From: Anthoceros angustus
Taxonomy: Eukaryota; Plantae; Anthocerotophyta
Direction of reading: 5' to 3'
Assembly (NCBI GenBank): GCA_010909165.1
Contig: VJWM01000227.1
Coordinates: 124,001-188,000, forward strand
DNA: 64,000 bases
The number at the start of each line of letters is the position of its first letter. Within the stretch, counting starts at the first letter, position 1. Under the pieces are notes generated by a model, which worked only from the letters and a program-made list of their open reading frames with translations, did no database searches and had not been told where the DNA came from. The position numbers and the translations under genes were made by a program. Shown in pieces: positions 50,438 through 63,826 of this stretch.

Positions 50438-52666
50438 TTAAGGACAAGAGTGCTTCTTTTGCTCGGCTTCGGCTTGGGACCATCGCTCTGAGAACTCGTT
50501 GTACTCCCGCCAGTTCCTTTCATCGACCTGCTTGTTTCAAGGCGTACAGTGAGGTCTGTGTGACAGGGGGAGATCTGCTTCCCTAGTATTACTGATGTTG
50601 AGTTGCCATTGCTCAAGAGCACTAGCAACAGTAATGTGATGGTCTACCTTGTCCCGGAGAGTTTTGTTGTGCTGCTTCCCTTTTGTTCCAGACTGAAAAA
50701 GGCATGATGATCAGCAGAAGCAGTGCAAATCACATGTGGAAGATTCAAGAAAGCCCCCCTCAAGGCGGAGAACTGCAAAAAAAGTTGTTCACAAGTTATC
50801 CGTACCTCTTTGCTTCCAAGAGAGAAACTTGACGTGTGCGCCACATAGTCAGTGTCGATGATGCCCATGTTTTCATGGGGCTGCCCGTTTGCGCATGCCC
50901 TGAACCCCATGTCGAGACCCCATCCTAGTACAAGATCATTCTGCACAGTATGATTAGATAGCTGAGTCATCTGCTTCAAGACATCGGATCTGTAATTAGA
51001 CGAGCAAACAGGGTACCTGAATCATGTGCCAAACACACCTCCACGCCCTTCTGGTGAAGACTGGAGCCATCACCTCCACGAAGCTGAAGGATTGGGAAAC
51101 CTCTCATTACTTTTGACAATGGAGAGATGTTTGAAATGGGGAGAAAGGAAAATGGGCTTACCTTGCGCAAGGCACGGCGGTTGATCCGTTCTGGCACATG
51201 GTTCTGTTGGGGTACCACTCTGGCAGGAGATTGTTGGTTCTTCTGTGCACTTCACTGTTGTTAACCAGCTTTGTGAGATCATAGTGTAGATTGTCATACG
51301 GGTACAACGCCGGCTGTGCGATCTCCAACTTATGTTTCTTCATTGTCTCCAAATAGCTTTTGCGGACAATGAGGCCACAAGCATGTTAGTCAGCATGAAC
51401 TCTTTCGCACTGACTTCATTCCCAAAGTGCTCAGCTAGGCAGCCCAGAAACTATGACTGTGCAGCAGCTTAGCATAGGAAACACACCTGACAGCATGGAA
51501 ATTCTGGAGATCAAGGTCCTCATCCCAGTAGAAGATGTAGTCATATGGCTTCAGCACGGCTGGATGCATGAACCGTTTTGCATACCACCTGCCAGTGTCA
51601 GATTGTAGAACAGATCAATCGAAGGCGACAATAGCATCGCCAGAAACGTTGACAGCTTCTTGCATCATGTGCCCACCGCTACTTGTGGTTCATTTTCAAC
51701 TACCATTTTCCTTGCGCAGGAACTTGTACATGGACAGCTCGAACACTCCAATTGAACTGCTTCCATTCTCTGTAGCACGACTGGTCGTAGTGGAAGAGCA
51801 GAATCGTGAAATTGTCTGCAGGAAACTGACGGCCAGTAAAGCCCACTCACTCAGAGCGCCCAAAAAGTTTCTACGAGCCTGCTACGTGCACCGCTCTCTA
51901 CCTTCCTCATCATCTTGTCAACGTTGCTCTTCTGCTTGATGCCTACTGCCATCGCCAACAGATTGGTAGGCAGTCCTGTGTGTCGAAAATCCTGCATTCC
52001 GCATCCGGAATTCACATCATGGCAGCGAAGCAACATTCTAACCTCTGTCTATGCTCTTCAGAGCCATAAACACAGCCAGAGACTTCGTGCAGGGTTCACC
52101 TCATCGGGATCCCCCCAGATTTTCCGAAGGTAAAGATCGGTGCTCCAGTGCACTATGGGCCCAGGGATGTTCTGAATTGCCTCCTTGTCCCTGCCCCGCT
52201 GTAATTCTTCCCTGCTTGCCTCCTTATCCCATTCCTGCGTTTTTGCATGTTGTCTCAGCGTCAAATCCGTGGCCTCGGTCGTGACTTCATACAACGGATC
52301 CTGAGCTGCAATGAGCTGCAACAGTTCTTGGGTTTGATCTCCTCTTGCAGCCAGAAGCTCATCATTAAGTGACTTGACGGAGATTTGGAGATCCTGAACT
52401 AGCTTCTCTTGCTGCCTGACTCTCTCCCTCAGCTGCTTCAACTCTTCCTGCTCTTCATGCACCTCACCCACGAGGGGAGGTAGGCTTATGTATTGCTCAC
52501 TTGCCAACTTTTTCACTCCACCGCCTTCCAGAGCGTCCCTTATCGCAGTGTTTAAGCGGTGCACAGCTTGACTATTCCAAATAGTGAGCACGATTGCCAC
52601 TACAAACAAAACCCACCACTTCTTCTGGAGTGCATGCATTTTGCAGCTGTTCTCCAGCGGAAACAT
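50438..52666 (-). CDS. DUF707 family protein, paralog 2
   Basis: TM segment KKWWVLFVVAIVL, then a coiled coil, TDLYLRKIWGDPDE, WYAKRFMHP..YDYIFYWDEDL, LEIAQPAL and NDLVLGWGLD. The last exon reads VDERNWREYNEFSERWSQAEAEQKKHSCP*. Confidence 0.85.
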
Positions 52667-52946
52667 CCACCCACCACTTCTCCTTTCTGCAGCGGTTCTC
52701 CAGCAGAAACATCCACCTAAATAGAGACTGCGTCAAGTCAAGTTACTTCTACCACCCGAGAGAGAAGGGAAGACTTATGGGCGGTAACGGCCCGGAAGCG
52801 GTTGTGACAGTTCCCGCCACTCGACTAGTACAACACAGTACATCAAGTTGCAGTTGAGACTAATAAGTTGTCCAGAACTACATACGTTTGGAAAACACGA
52901 ACATATGTTTTTTGAATCAAAAAGTTGCAACACGTTTGGTAGCAGT

Positions 52947-55062
52947 TCAGACGCGAGATGAATCTTGCAAGGCTTCAGATTCATTCCACCGCCTCAAGAA
53001 CTCCCGAAGCTCGTCGCCGCTCCGGGAGATAACCTAAACCAAGCCAAGCCATTCAAACCCACCAGCCTTAGTCTTGGTGGCATTATGTGTGAGACGGTCA
53101 TTGTTTTGTCGAGTACGAAAGAAACCTTTTGTCGTAGACTTCCATCAGTTTGATTGCCTGTCTTTGGCTTTGGCTGCATGAGACCACACTGGACATCAAC
53201 CTTTGAAGACACATCCTATGCATTATCAAGGAGCTATACTAATGACGGATGTGTCGCATACCTCCGCACCCAGCGAGGAACTGGACATGTGCTTAACAAA
53301 GTCGGAGTCAATGATGCCGATGTTTTCGTGGGGAGGACCACCCGCACATGCCCCGAACTTCCAATCCGCACCCCATCCGAGCACCAAATCGTTCTATTGC
53401 AAGAGATGAGACCAGTTGTAAAAGTTAGCCCCTCTCTATGATGAGCCATTATGTGGACAGGATGACCTTACACACCTGAATCATGTGCCAAACACATTTC
53501 CAGGCCTTTCTGGTGAACACGGGAGCCATAACCTCTACGAATCTGAGAGCAAGCAGCTGATGTCAGCCATGAACGCGTTTACAAAGTGAAAACTGCCCAG
53601 AACAACGGTGGAAAGTGCAAGCCGAGACTTACCCAGCACAGGGCAGTGAGTTCGATCCATCCTTGCACATGGTTTTGTTGCCGAAGAAGTTTGATACGAT
53701 GACATTGGTCCTTCTATGTACTTCACTGTTATTTACCCAGCGTAACAGCTCATAGTGCACACCTGAATTGGGGAAGAGCGCAGGCTGTGAGATCTCCAGT
53801 CTATGCTTTTTCATCACTTCCACGTACCTGCATGCCATAACAGTGGTAGATCAGCTCTACATGTTATCGATACTGTTGCTCATTTGCAGACTGAACCCGC
53901 AATTCGCAGACCTAATAGGATTGAGGTTGTCCAGGTTGAGGTCCTCATCCCAGTAAAAGATGTAATCAAAAGGCTCCACTACAGCTGGATGCAGAAACCG
54001 TTTTGCATACCACCTGCCATATAATCCGGTTCTGCAATTTTATGAAGACTGTAGTGGTGTCACACTGCCACGTCCCTCACAGCTTAACGTGCAAACTGCA
54101 AAGGCTCGATTGACCAACCATTTTCCTTGAGAGGGAACTTGAATGTGAACAGCACGACTGCACCAGCTAAACTGTGCCCAACTCTCGTACGACGACTCAT
54201 CGTAGTGAAAGAGCACAAGAGAGAAATGTTTGGCAGGAAACTGTGCTACAACAACCAAACGACCACTGCATTCAAAGCATGCATGCATGCATATTCCCAG
54301 TTCAGCATTACTGATGGCAGCCAGGCGCTGAAGCAGGTACCTTCTGTATCATCTTGTTCACGTTTTTCTGCTGCTTGACACCCACTGCCATTGCCAGCAA
54401 CTGTTTGGGCCGTCCGGTGGCTTCAAGATCCTGTGTAACCACGTCATGCAACTGATGCACCACTCCCCACTCTAAATTGTGAAAAACAACGACCAGAGCT
54501 CAGCATGGTTCCCCTCACCTCATCCGGTCGGCCCCAGATTCTGCGAGGGTACAAATCTGTTGTCGTATGCACAAAGTGCCTGGGAACCTGCTGAATGTCA
54601 TCGCTGACATTGCACGGAAAACCTGCAGGGGCAGGAGGAGAAGCACCCAGCTTCTCCCTGTACAACCTTCTGGCTTCAACAAATTCAGCTCGAAGTGCCT
54701 CCAAAGATACGTTTTGCTGTTGAATAACTCTGCGCTGTTCCTGCACCGTATCTCTCAGTTGCTGGACCTCGTCCACCCACTCGAAAGATCCTTTCTCGCG
54801 CCCATCCCACAGACCGTCATGCTCACTGCTCTTCTGAGATGCCCATTGCAAATCCCCACTAGGCCGGATGAGCCAGAAGCTTGAACCCAACCACCGAAGG
54901 CACAAAGACGGTAAATTCAGCAAGTACCTGTCCAAAGAAAGGCCCTCCCATTATGATGTTGCAGCCAAGGAGAACAGCCACAACGATCAGCACCAGCCAT
55001 GGCATCTGCCTGTACAGTAGTGGTGCTCGGATGCAGGGGGCATTCAAAGCCCCAGCATCCAT
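52947..55062 (-). CDS. DUF707 family protein, paralog 3
   Basis: TM segment WLVLIVVAVLLG, then TDLYPRRIWGRPDE, FSLVLFHYD, WYAKRFLHP..FDYIFYWDEDL and LEISQPAL. The last exon reads VISRSGDELREFLRRWNESE..*. The start is inferred. Confidence 0.85.
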
Positions 55063-55949
55063 GCCTGGAATCAAGCATGCCCAGACCGGGCTCCTGCATT
55101 TCACATCCCAGTGATAACATGCAGGTCGATGACATGCAGGTCCGAGCGTGGTTCATCGATTTCGGCTGGGGATCCACAATAGCAGCTTCCAACAACAGAT
55201 AACTGTCACTTAGCTCCGACAAAAGGCCTCCCCTCCACCCTAACTCATGCTAAACGCTGATTCCTCGCCGCTGATCGTCTAGGCTAGGCTACACCTAAAT
55301 ACGTATGTATCGGTTCGCCACGTGCCATGCTCAGTACAGTCGGCCCTCTACAATTTGGAATCTATTATCCCTCCCTTACTATCATCTCGTTCCAATTGTA
55401 ACATTCTAGACACCAAACTGGGCCACAACAAGACACAAGTTTCTAAAACTTAACAACATAATAAAACTCTATCCGTTAAGTAAGTAAAAATATAAATCAA
55501 AATATTTTGTCAATTGGGTCAGATCGCATCCCGCTGTTACGTGTAAATCTTCGGTACATATAATTAAATATAATATAGTGTAATCCATATAAATTTTATA
55601 TTAAAATTTTTAGTAAAATACATATTTATCGAGTGTACATTCAAAGTTTCATAAGAATAGACTTAAATTTTTATTAATTAAATATTATATAACTTAATAT
55701 GAATAGAAAATTTTATTTGTTTCAGCGAGGTTTAAAACTTCTATGAGGTATATATGTTGAGTGAGTCAAGTGGAAATAGACTAAGATATTAGATCAAGAC
55801 ATTGCTTTGTGTTTGAAGGGATTAGAGGTACCTAGTCATGTGGTTGATTATTCGATTTGCTGCTGAGTAGTTTTTTATGTTGTTATGAAAGAGGATACAT
55901 ATTTGACTGTCTGTGTACATATTTTGATTCAGGTTTTGCTAACAATATC

Positions 55950-57165
55950 ATGACGGAGATTATCAAGTACACATCACCACGCGCATCGTTTACGAGTTCA
56001 TCTTTGTCTCTGAATTCAGTTATTCCGTCTCGACCATCATCCATAAAGTTGATGAAAGTTGTCGAACCTCGTAATGGGATCATAATATTTCAAAAGGTAT
56101 TTCATTCATCGCCATTGCGGATTTTTATGTATGGCTTCCAATTTGGATCAATCAAAGTTTCATATTCAATTGGTCCTACATTGTTTTGCAGCTAGCAGCG
56201 GAGTTTATAAGCACCTTCATTCTCATTGTTGTTGGCTGTGGAGTTGTTATGGTTGACAAAATTTCCGATGGCAAGGTGACTCATGTTGGAATCGCACTCA
56301 CATGGGGAATTGCAGTCACGGTTCTTATCTATGCAGTTGGACATATATCAGGATGTCATATGAACCCAGCTGTATCTATTGCATTAGCATCTGTTCGGAA
56401 ATTTAATTGGAACTTGGTAAGCTTTACATATTGATTCCTCTTTTCATTTGGAGATATTATGTATCATTATTTTATGAAGAATACTACATAACCATATACT
56501 AATGTGCTGTTGTAGGTTCCCTTTTACATAATTGCACAAGTTAGTGGTGCAATTTCTGGCTCCTCGGTTCTACTTGTAACGTTGGGGAATCATGCCAATA
56601 TTGGAGCTACACTTCCTTCAGGGAGTGATCTTCAATCTTTCGTTTTTGAAATCAGCCTGACGTTCATTCTTATGTTTGTGGTTATGGGAACAACAACTGA
56701 CAGGAAATCGGTAAAACTTTTTATATCTCTTCCAAATAATACATGATGTGGTCTAATTCTCCGTATTTTGAAAATATCCAGAGTTTTAATACTGTATTGT
56801 GCCAATTGCTTGTAGATTTCACATCTTGGAGGACTTGCCATTGGTAGTACAGTAACATTGGATGCATTATTTGGAGGGTAATATAACTTAATACAATTGA
56901 TTTAGCTTATTTCTTATTATGTTTAATTTTGGTTTTTCTATCTATACTGACATTTACGTTCAATGGCAGACCCATTTCTGGTGCATCAATGAATCCAGCC
57001 AGATCACTTGGACCTTTCGTTATCATGAATATGTATTCAAAAATGTGGATTTACATGGTAGGTCCGGTAATTGGTGCCCTTGCTGGAGCTTGGGCATATG
57101 AGCTGATAAGATTTCATGAACTTGAGGGAAGAGAAGACTGCCAAGAACCACTACAATCCACATAA
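55950..57165 (+). CDS. NIP: Second NIP aquaporin (AT-rich), 5 exons
   Basis: Exons 55950-56096, 56192-56416, 56516-56710, 56816-56877 and 56970-57165. Motifs GHISGCHMNPAV and ISGASMNPARSLGP. Same 225/195/62 internal exon sizes as the first NIP. Confidence 0.93.
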
Positions 57166-60100
57166 GATTACTTGCAAGTATCGATAAAGTGAAAGACTAT
57201 TAGTTTCATTGTAGTATCACTTTTTTTTCTGGTGAATGACAATATATTTTTTGCCTAATGTATTGTTGTCCTCGTAATTACTCTGCTTGTGCTCATTGAA
57301 AAATATTACTTGCAACAATGATTTCTAGTTAAATATAATCTAGGTAGCAGTGGTGTATCCTACAACCTTACCTGCAAAGGATAACCTTTCATAAAATTAT
57401 TATCATTGGTGGTGTAGTGGAATACGGTTCTAAGTGTTCGGCTAAGTAACTTATTAGCTTTTTTATCAAATTAGAATTTTTGATTGAACTAGTAATAAAT
57501 AATCCAAGAGTTAAATGTTCATACGCTTTAATTGATTATTTTTATTGGATTTTTTTCTAGATCAATTAAAATTAATTAACTCATTTTACGCAAAAAAATA
57601 TTTATCAAGGAACTCTTATAAGAATCCGTCCGGTAGAAGACTTGTCACTTTGATTCGCCATTCTACTTAGCACCATGCTAGGGACTCATATGAATATTCA
57701 TTTTTTATAAAGTTCCTTATTAAAAAAAGACTTGTCCCCTTGGCATATTGGAATGTTATCTTTGGCTTCCTCCATTATGATGAGTTCTATTGGATGAGCA
57801 ACCTATATGAGGTGAATTATCCATCTAGCAATAAAGAACGAAGGTGAATGAATTAAGAAACAAGCCCCATCTAGCTTCTCCAGTGTAACCCGTTCAGCGT
57901 AGGACTCGTATCCTTGGCATATGAGTTATGTCCTTGGATGAGTGTTTCATTCCAAGGTGTCTCATTCCATAGATGTCCTACATGTTGAAGTGAATTTTTT
58001 TATAGAAATAGAGCAATATGTTGGATTGTTGTGTGCTTCCCAACAAGCCTATGGTTGCCCTCATCGGAGCAAAATTTGTAGTTTCGAGTGTGAAAGGAAC
58101 CTCCTCAAAGTTTCGGTCGAGATGCCCTTCTTCGGCCTCTTTCGAAGTGTTTAGGGGACGAGCTCAGGGGCAAAACACATGTGGAGATGCAAGAGGATCA
58201 TTGCTAGTCACCATGAGAAATCCAAGGAAATTTGACATACAGTTCATCAGATACATCAAAAGAAACGACAGGGCCCTTCACAAAATGGACCCACCATGGC
58301 AGCAAGCTTCCATCCCAACTATCCTAATCGAGATCATAAAATTGGCCCCTATGTACAAAGTGGAGATCACGCAGTCTGTGCCGCGCATGCGAAGCTCCTC
58401 CTTGAGTAGTTGCCACCAGTAGACGCGCGGCAAGAAAGCCCCCTGTCTTTGAGGCAACCAGAGGAAACCTGTCCCCCCACCCATTGGCCACCACCCACAT
58501 TCCTCATCCCGGTCTCCCGTAGCTGGGATTATCTCTCCTACCACTCACATATCAGTTCACTAAAAATCTCAGAGGCGGAGGACACGAGGATATCCGGAGC
58601 CCACGAGGAACCCATCTCTCGACCTCCGGCTCTCCTCCACTCGCCTTGCTCGCTGTACTTGCATAGTTAGAGGTGCAGTCAAGCTTTTCATCTAGAACAA
58701 ATACAAAAACTGTCGAACAACACGTAGTACAGAACCGCACCTCCAAGGTGGAGAAGAGAAGTAATAGCATGCCACTAGTACGAATAAGAACGACTTCCTC
58801 AACTCCCACTCCATCTCCACACTCAGGTGGAAAGTTGGGATATGCCACCATTGTCCGGATCCCCTCAAATATATAGCGGATATCCCCCGGGCCCGAGGGT
58901 AGCACATTCTCGAAAGCCCGTGGAATTTCAGAGCATAAACCCACAAGGACAGTCTCTGCCTAAGCCTCTGCCAAGTCCGCCCACCCAGTCTCCATTCCCA
59001 CCCAGAGCTTCCCAATTTCCATTTCAACCCGGTTCCCCCCGAGTCTCCAATGATGGAAGACCTCCATCACAGGGTGCTCACGCTGATTACGGATGGCAAT
59101 GCTGATCAGGCCACTAAGGCAAACTGGCTCATGCGGGCTCCCATATACATGGTCAAGACCCTACTGTCCAATATCTGGACCTCGACCTCAAAGAAATTTG
59201 TTTCCCTCCCACAAATAAGGAACATGGCATGATCTCGGGATGAGGTGATGCATGCTACACATCGCTGCAATTTGGGTGGGTCAACAGCCTGATGAGCCCA
59301 AGCTACACTCCACACTGCCAGTGCAAGCTCTTGTGCATGCTAAGTTCTGCCCTCCCATGTATGTCATAAGGCAATCTAGATGCGAGAGTATTGGGATGAT
59401 TCAACAGTTTTGCTGGGCTCTTCCAATGCCCAAGGCTGACCACTCCACTTTTGTCACACACATGTCCTGCTTGAATCAGCCCACACTTGCATCATCATAA
59501 ACTTTCAAGTACCAAGACTCCAAAGTTTTTAGTAAACGTGGCTGCCATAGAGGTGGTTGCACTTCGAGAACTGTGACATTCACAGTGTCTCTTCCAGCAA
59601 ACACAGGTAAATTCTCCATCTTGAGTGGGACCTCGTGCACGTGGATTGGATCGCCTAGCCCTCTGTGCTCCAGTAACTTTCGCCCACCAAGTCTACTTCT
59701 TTCTTCCTCTCACCTTATGACATCCTCCCGTCGTAGCCTGTGCACTTTCTCTCGATCCTCCATAAAGTAAGCAAGCTCATCAGTATTTGAATCTATGTCC
59801 TCCAGGCTTGAAGCCCGGCAACTTCCACTCCTACTCCCATTGGGTTTCTACCGTTCATGGATTGCTAAGTGCCCCCCACTACTTCCTCGATCGTCCTCTC
59901 CGAGAGCACTCCTGCATTCACAATTTCCGCTCGAAGCGGAACGAGCGAAGCCTCAACCTGAACTGCACTTGCAATTTCAACCATGAATGTAGCAGCTGCA
60001 AGTTCAGCCTCCGCTACCTTCATGTACTCATGAGGGTAGCGGAGGCCTCCCCCTCCTTGTGCCCATCTTCTCATCGCTTGCTTGCTGGGCTGCACCTTTT

Positions 60101-60699
60101 GGCACCTCAACTCTGGGAACGGCCAGGACGAGCACCCTTGGCAAGGCCAAAAGAAGTGTGGGCTCCCGACGTTGGCGCGGCGATGACCGGCACTTCGGGG
60201 CCAAACATGGAGCCATGGGCCGTGTGGCATGGGCGCCACATGATTGCGTCCATTCCCACCTTAGCTATAGTAATAAGCGTAGTCGGATCAACTAAGGACT
60301 GCTGTCGCAACGCCCCGCTGATCATGAAGCGCACTTTGATGAATTGCATTCATCAACGCTGGCAGTGATGTCAGTCCGTATCCTCGCACCCACCCTTGGT
60401 TTTGTAGAGCCTTGGTTGAATCACTGTCGCACGAAGCCGGGTTCCCATGCGGAATGAGCGGACTTAATCACTTGGCTCGGATTGGCAACAACCCATAACT
60501 GCTCTTTGGCGAATCATGTGCTGGTGCTTACGTTTTGCATATGTATGATGGCTAAATCGAGGTCCACATGGGAAACCGTGGCAAAACCATTTTAGCCAAA
60601 AGAAATTTATGGCTAAATCTTCCTTCCCCAGCAAAACCAGAGTTCACGGTAGAGAATCTTTGTAATTTGGCAACAGCATGACATGCCCATCCTAAACTA

Positions 60700-61650
60700 T
60701 GGCACCACTGTGGTCAAGCTCTAACACATTCGGCAAAACAAAACTCTATATACACTCCTTCAAGTTTTTGGACCACCACTTCACACTACACTCTACGAGC
60801 TTCGTAGAGATAGGTTGAATATCGGTACCCATGAGATTGACAAGCTTTCTATCCCACCATGAAACGCCGTATATCATCCTTGATACATGCATCTTCCACT
60901 CCACATATGCCCTTTCACACAACTTTGATGCCAATTGCCAGCTGTGATGCCCAAGGGAGGATGGCCATCTTGCCCGATTCATGCAGCATGTCCCGATATA
61001 TATGTCCCATTAGGATATCTGCCTCTTCAACAACTCTCCTAGCAAGGGAGCACTAGTAAAAATTTTATCGAAGCTAACATGGCGATGAGCTTCGCCCACA
61101 TCTTCACATAACCCCATGACCACTTTCATCCCAAGCTCATCCTAGCCTTTATCTTCTTTTTTGACACGGAGAGTCTTTACTAGCTTGCTAGTGGCTTCAT
61201 TATCATGATCGACCATGTCATCATCATCGGTTAAGATGTCATTCGGATCACATCGGAGTGGGTCCTTCCCCGCATATACTTGAAAATCATGCATACACTT
61301 GCTAACATTACCACATAGCATCCGCACTTTTAACCCCCACTTTACAGGCTCAGAAGCCATATTTTGCATTCTAAGACATTTCCTATTTCAGCATGTAACC
61401 ATAGCCTCATCAATAGTGAGCTCTTGGGGTTCACTCAATATTCTCAATCAATAGCCTTAGCACTACCAACATCTGGTGGAGCTAAGCTTGCGTGGTAGGC
61501 GGAGCATAATGCCCAACAAAAAAGGGAGGAATCAAAACCAAGCATCTTCATATTCAACACTATAAAACGATGTCGAGTGTAATAAGTCTCATTCAAGGGA
61601 AACCGATGCTCCTTCAAGAACTAGGAATTGACCATGGGGACTTTTCTTGT
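60700..61650 (-). mobile_element. Degenerate piggyBac-type (DDE_Tnp_1_7/PGBD-like) transposase relic
   Basis: In order: YTRHRF..LGFD; ELTIDEAMV..; EPVKWGLKVRMLC..DFQVYAGK; HRHVSFDK.FTS (frameshifted); VSWWDRKLVNLMGT. These match the piggyBac motifs MSRxRF, LxIDExM, KPxKxGxK, HxxxDNFFTS and WxDxKxVxxLST. Confidence 0.75.
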
Positions 61651-62010
61651 CAGCAAAGAAAGTATAATGCAACCTGGCCTTGGAACAACAGGACTAACCC
61701 ATCAAGGATTTTCTTGTAAGCAAGCAATGCGTACTGGTCACCACTCCGCCTCGGAACATTAAGACTGACGTAATTAATATTTAATAATTCAATAATTTAG
61801 TGATTCAATTTTTCAGAAATTTACCTCTTTGGATATACCAAGATGGGTTGACTAACCAAACATCCTTGTAGTTGGAATAAATAAACACCAAACATGAACA
61901 TATCCTCCATCCGGCTCCTAGGGCTCCCAACTTGATTGTGGAGTGTGGAGTGAGCAACTAGCGCCATATGTGGAACAACTAGTGATCTGCTCGTGGGGCT
62001 GTTGAGTGAG

Positions 62011-62155
62011 GAGTAAGCAACCACCCCTCTAGGTGGAACAAGTATACACCAAACACAAACATGGCCCTATCCCAACAGTTGAGTAAGAAGTAAGCAACCA
62101 CCCCTCTAGGTAGAACAAGTATACACCAAATACAAACATGGACCCATCCCAACAG
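62011..62155. repeat. ~68-bp direct repeat, two copies
   Basis: gtaagcaaccacccctctaggt..aacaagtatacaccaaa..caaacatgg..atcccaacag occurs twice. Confidence 0.85.
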
Positions 62156-62666
62156 AGATCGGCTCCTAGGATGGTGGATTGTGGAGTTTTTGTGCGTTAA
62201 GGCGACAATCTCTGAATTTCTATTCTTTGTTAGTTGTAATATCCTTTATTATCTATCTATTGTTTTGGATATAGTTACGATGCACATTGAAGTCGTAGAG
62301 TTTCTACCAAATCATGATCTTCAAGATGGCATATCTATATAAAATTTCAGTTTTATATCTGAAGAAACTCTTGATGAAGTAAGTGGATAGCCAAAATACA
62401 TTCCTTACATAGGCAGGTATGAGTATCTAATTCCTTTTCTTTTCCACAAACCCACTGCCGAGGGGATGACGAAAATAATTAGGTAGATACCTACTTAGGC
62501 ATATGAACCTAGAAAAGAAGTGCGCCTCAAACATCTAACATCGGTGAATGGTATATGGGGGAGCAGTATAAATATCAGGTTTAGGTGGTGATCTAGGAAC
62601 AGGGGATGAGCTACAGGGCTTTTAGGTGAACGTGGTAGATGGGGTCAGCAATATAAATGTGAGGGC

Positions 62667-62675
62667 TTAGGGTTT
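62667..62675 (-). promoter_or_regulatory. Telo-box (AAACCCTAA) just upstream of a translation-related gene
   Basis: ttagggttt lies ~70 bp before the ATG at 62744. Telo-boxes are typical of plant translation-machinery genes. Confidence 0.4.
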
Positions 62676-62743
62676 GGATTTGCGGAGGTATCATCGTTGC
62701 CGCTTGATCCAATTGTTGGAGTGTGGTAGGAGGAGTGGGCAAG

Positions 62744-63826
62744 ATGCCGCCTAAGGCAGCGCCCAGCAAGGCAGGGAAGGAGAAGCAGAAGGCGGATTTG
62801 GCGAAAAAGCAGAAGCTGGTGGAGGACAAGACCTTTGGGTTGAAGAACAAGAACAAGAGCAAAAATGTGCAGAAGTATGTCCAGAGCCTGCACCAGTCTG
62901 TGCAGGCCAAGGCCAAGGCCGTGGATGATCCTAAGGCGGCCATGAAGAAGAAGAAGGAGGAAGAGAGCCAGCGGGAGAAGGAGCTGAGCGAGCTGTTCAA
63001 GGTGGCTATCAGCCAGCCCAAGGTGCCGGTTGGGGTGGATCCCAAGTCTGTGGTGTGTGAATTCTTTCGCCGCGGCCAGTGTGCCAAGGGATTCAAGTGT
63101 AAGTACTCTCATGATTTGAGCGTGGAGAGGAAAGGGGAGAAAATCGATGTGTACAGTGATCAGCGGGACACCGATGAAGGTATGGAGGACTGGGATCAGG
63201 AGACCCTTGAGAAGGTGGTTGCGGCCAAGGGACAGGAGTACAACAGCAACAAGCCGACGGAGATTGTGTGCAAGTTCTTCATCGAGGCTGTGGAGAAGAA
63301 GCAGTATGGATGGTTTTGGGTGTGCCCTAACGGAGGCAAGGACTGTCACTACAGGCATGCCCTGCCTCCTGGTTTTGTGATCAAGAGTCAATTGAAGGCC
63401 CTGCTGGAGGAGGAAGGAGAGCGGCTGACTATTGAGGAAGATATCGAGAACCAGAGATCGAAGGTGAAGGGGAACACTATGTTGACTGCTGAGCTGTTCG
63501 CTGAGTGGAAGAGGAAGAAGATGGAGGCAAAGGAAGCCGAGCTTGCTCAGAAGAAGGCAGAGAGGGCTAGGGCAGATCGAATGAGCGGCCGTGAACTGTT
63601 TGCGGCAAATTCAAGTCTGTTTGTGGATGATGCAGAAGCGTTTGATGTCTACGAGAGGCAAGACGAGGACCAAATGGTGCAGGAGTCGTCCAACCAGAAC
63701 GGTGCTGGTGCTGAACACCGCGGGGCAGGATCCAACGATGTTAGAAGCTCTCTCTTCAGCGCAGAGGATGAACAGTTTTTGGCAGAAGATGACGATGATC
63801 TGGATTTGGAGGAGCTGGATGAGTAA
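62744..63826 (+). CDS. Tandem CCCH zinc-finger protein, ZC3H15/DFRP1/Tma46 family, intronless
   Basis: MPPK..VEDKTFGLKNKNKSKNVQKY, PVGVDPKSVVCEFFRRGQCAKGFKCKYSHD, VCKFFIEAVEKKQYGWFWVCPNGGKDCHYRHALPPGF, and an acidic tail. Confidence 0.93.
   Translation: MPPKAAPSKAGKEKQKADLAKKQKLVEDKTFGLKNKNKSKNVQKYVQSLHQSVQAKAKAVDDPKAAMKKKKEEESQREKELSELFKVAISQPKVPVGVDPKSVVCEFFRRGQCAKGFKCKYSHDLSVERKGEKIDVYSDQRDTDEGMEDWDQETLEKVVAAKGQEYNSNKPTEIVCKFFIEAVEKKQYGWFWVCPNGGKDCHYRHALPPGFVIKSQLKALLEEEGERLTIEEDIENQRSKVKGNTMLTAELFAEWKRKKMEAKEAELAQKKAERARADRMSGRELFAANSSLFVDDAEAFDVYERQDEDQMVQESSNQNGAGAEHRGAGSNDVRSSLFSAEDEQFLAEDDDDLDLEELDE

Noticed and set aside
57800-60600. Degenerate coding-like sequence, perhaps a LINE or other TE relic
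   Set aside because: No diagnostic RT, endonuclease or transposase motif could be read with confidence.
62611-63391. Antisense ORFs of 161 and 248 aa
   Set aside because: They are reverse-frame shadows of the CCCH zinc-finger gene.
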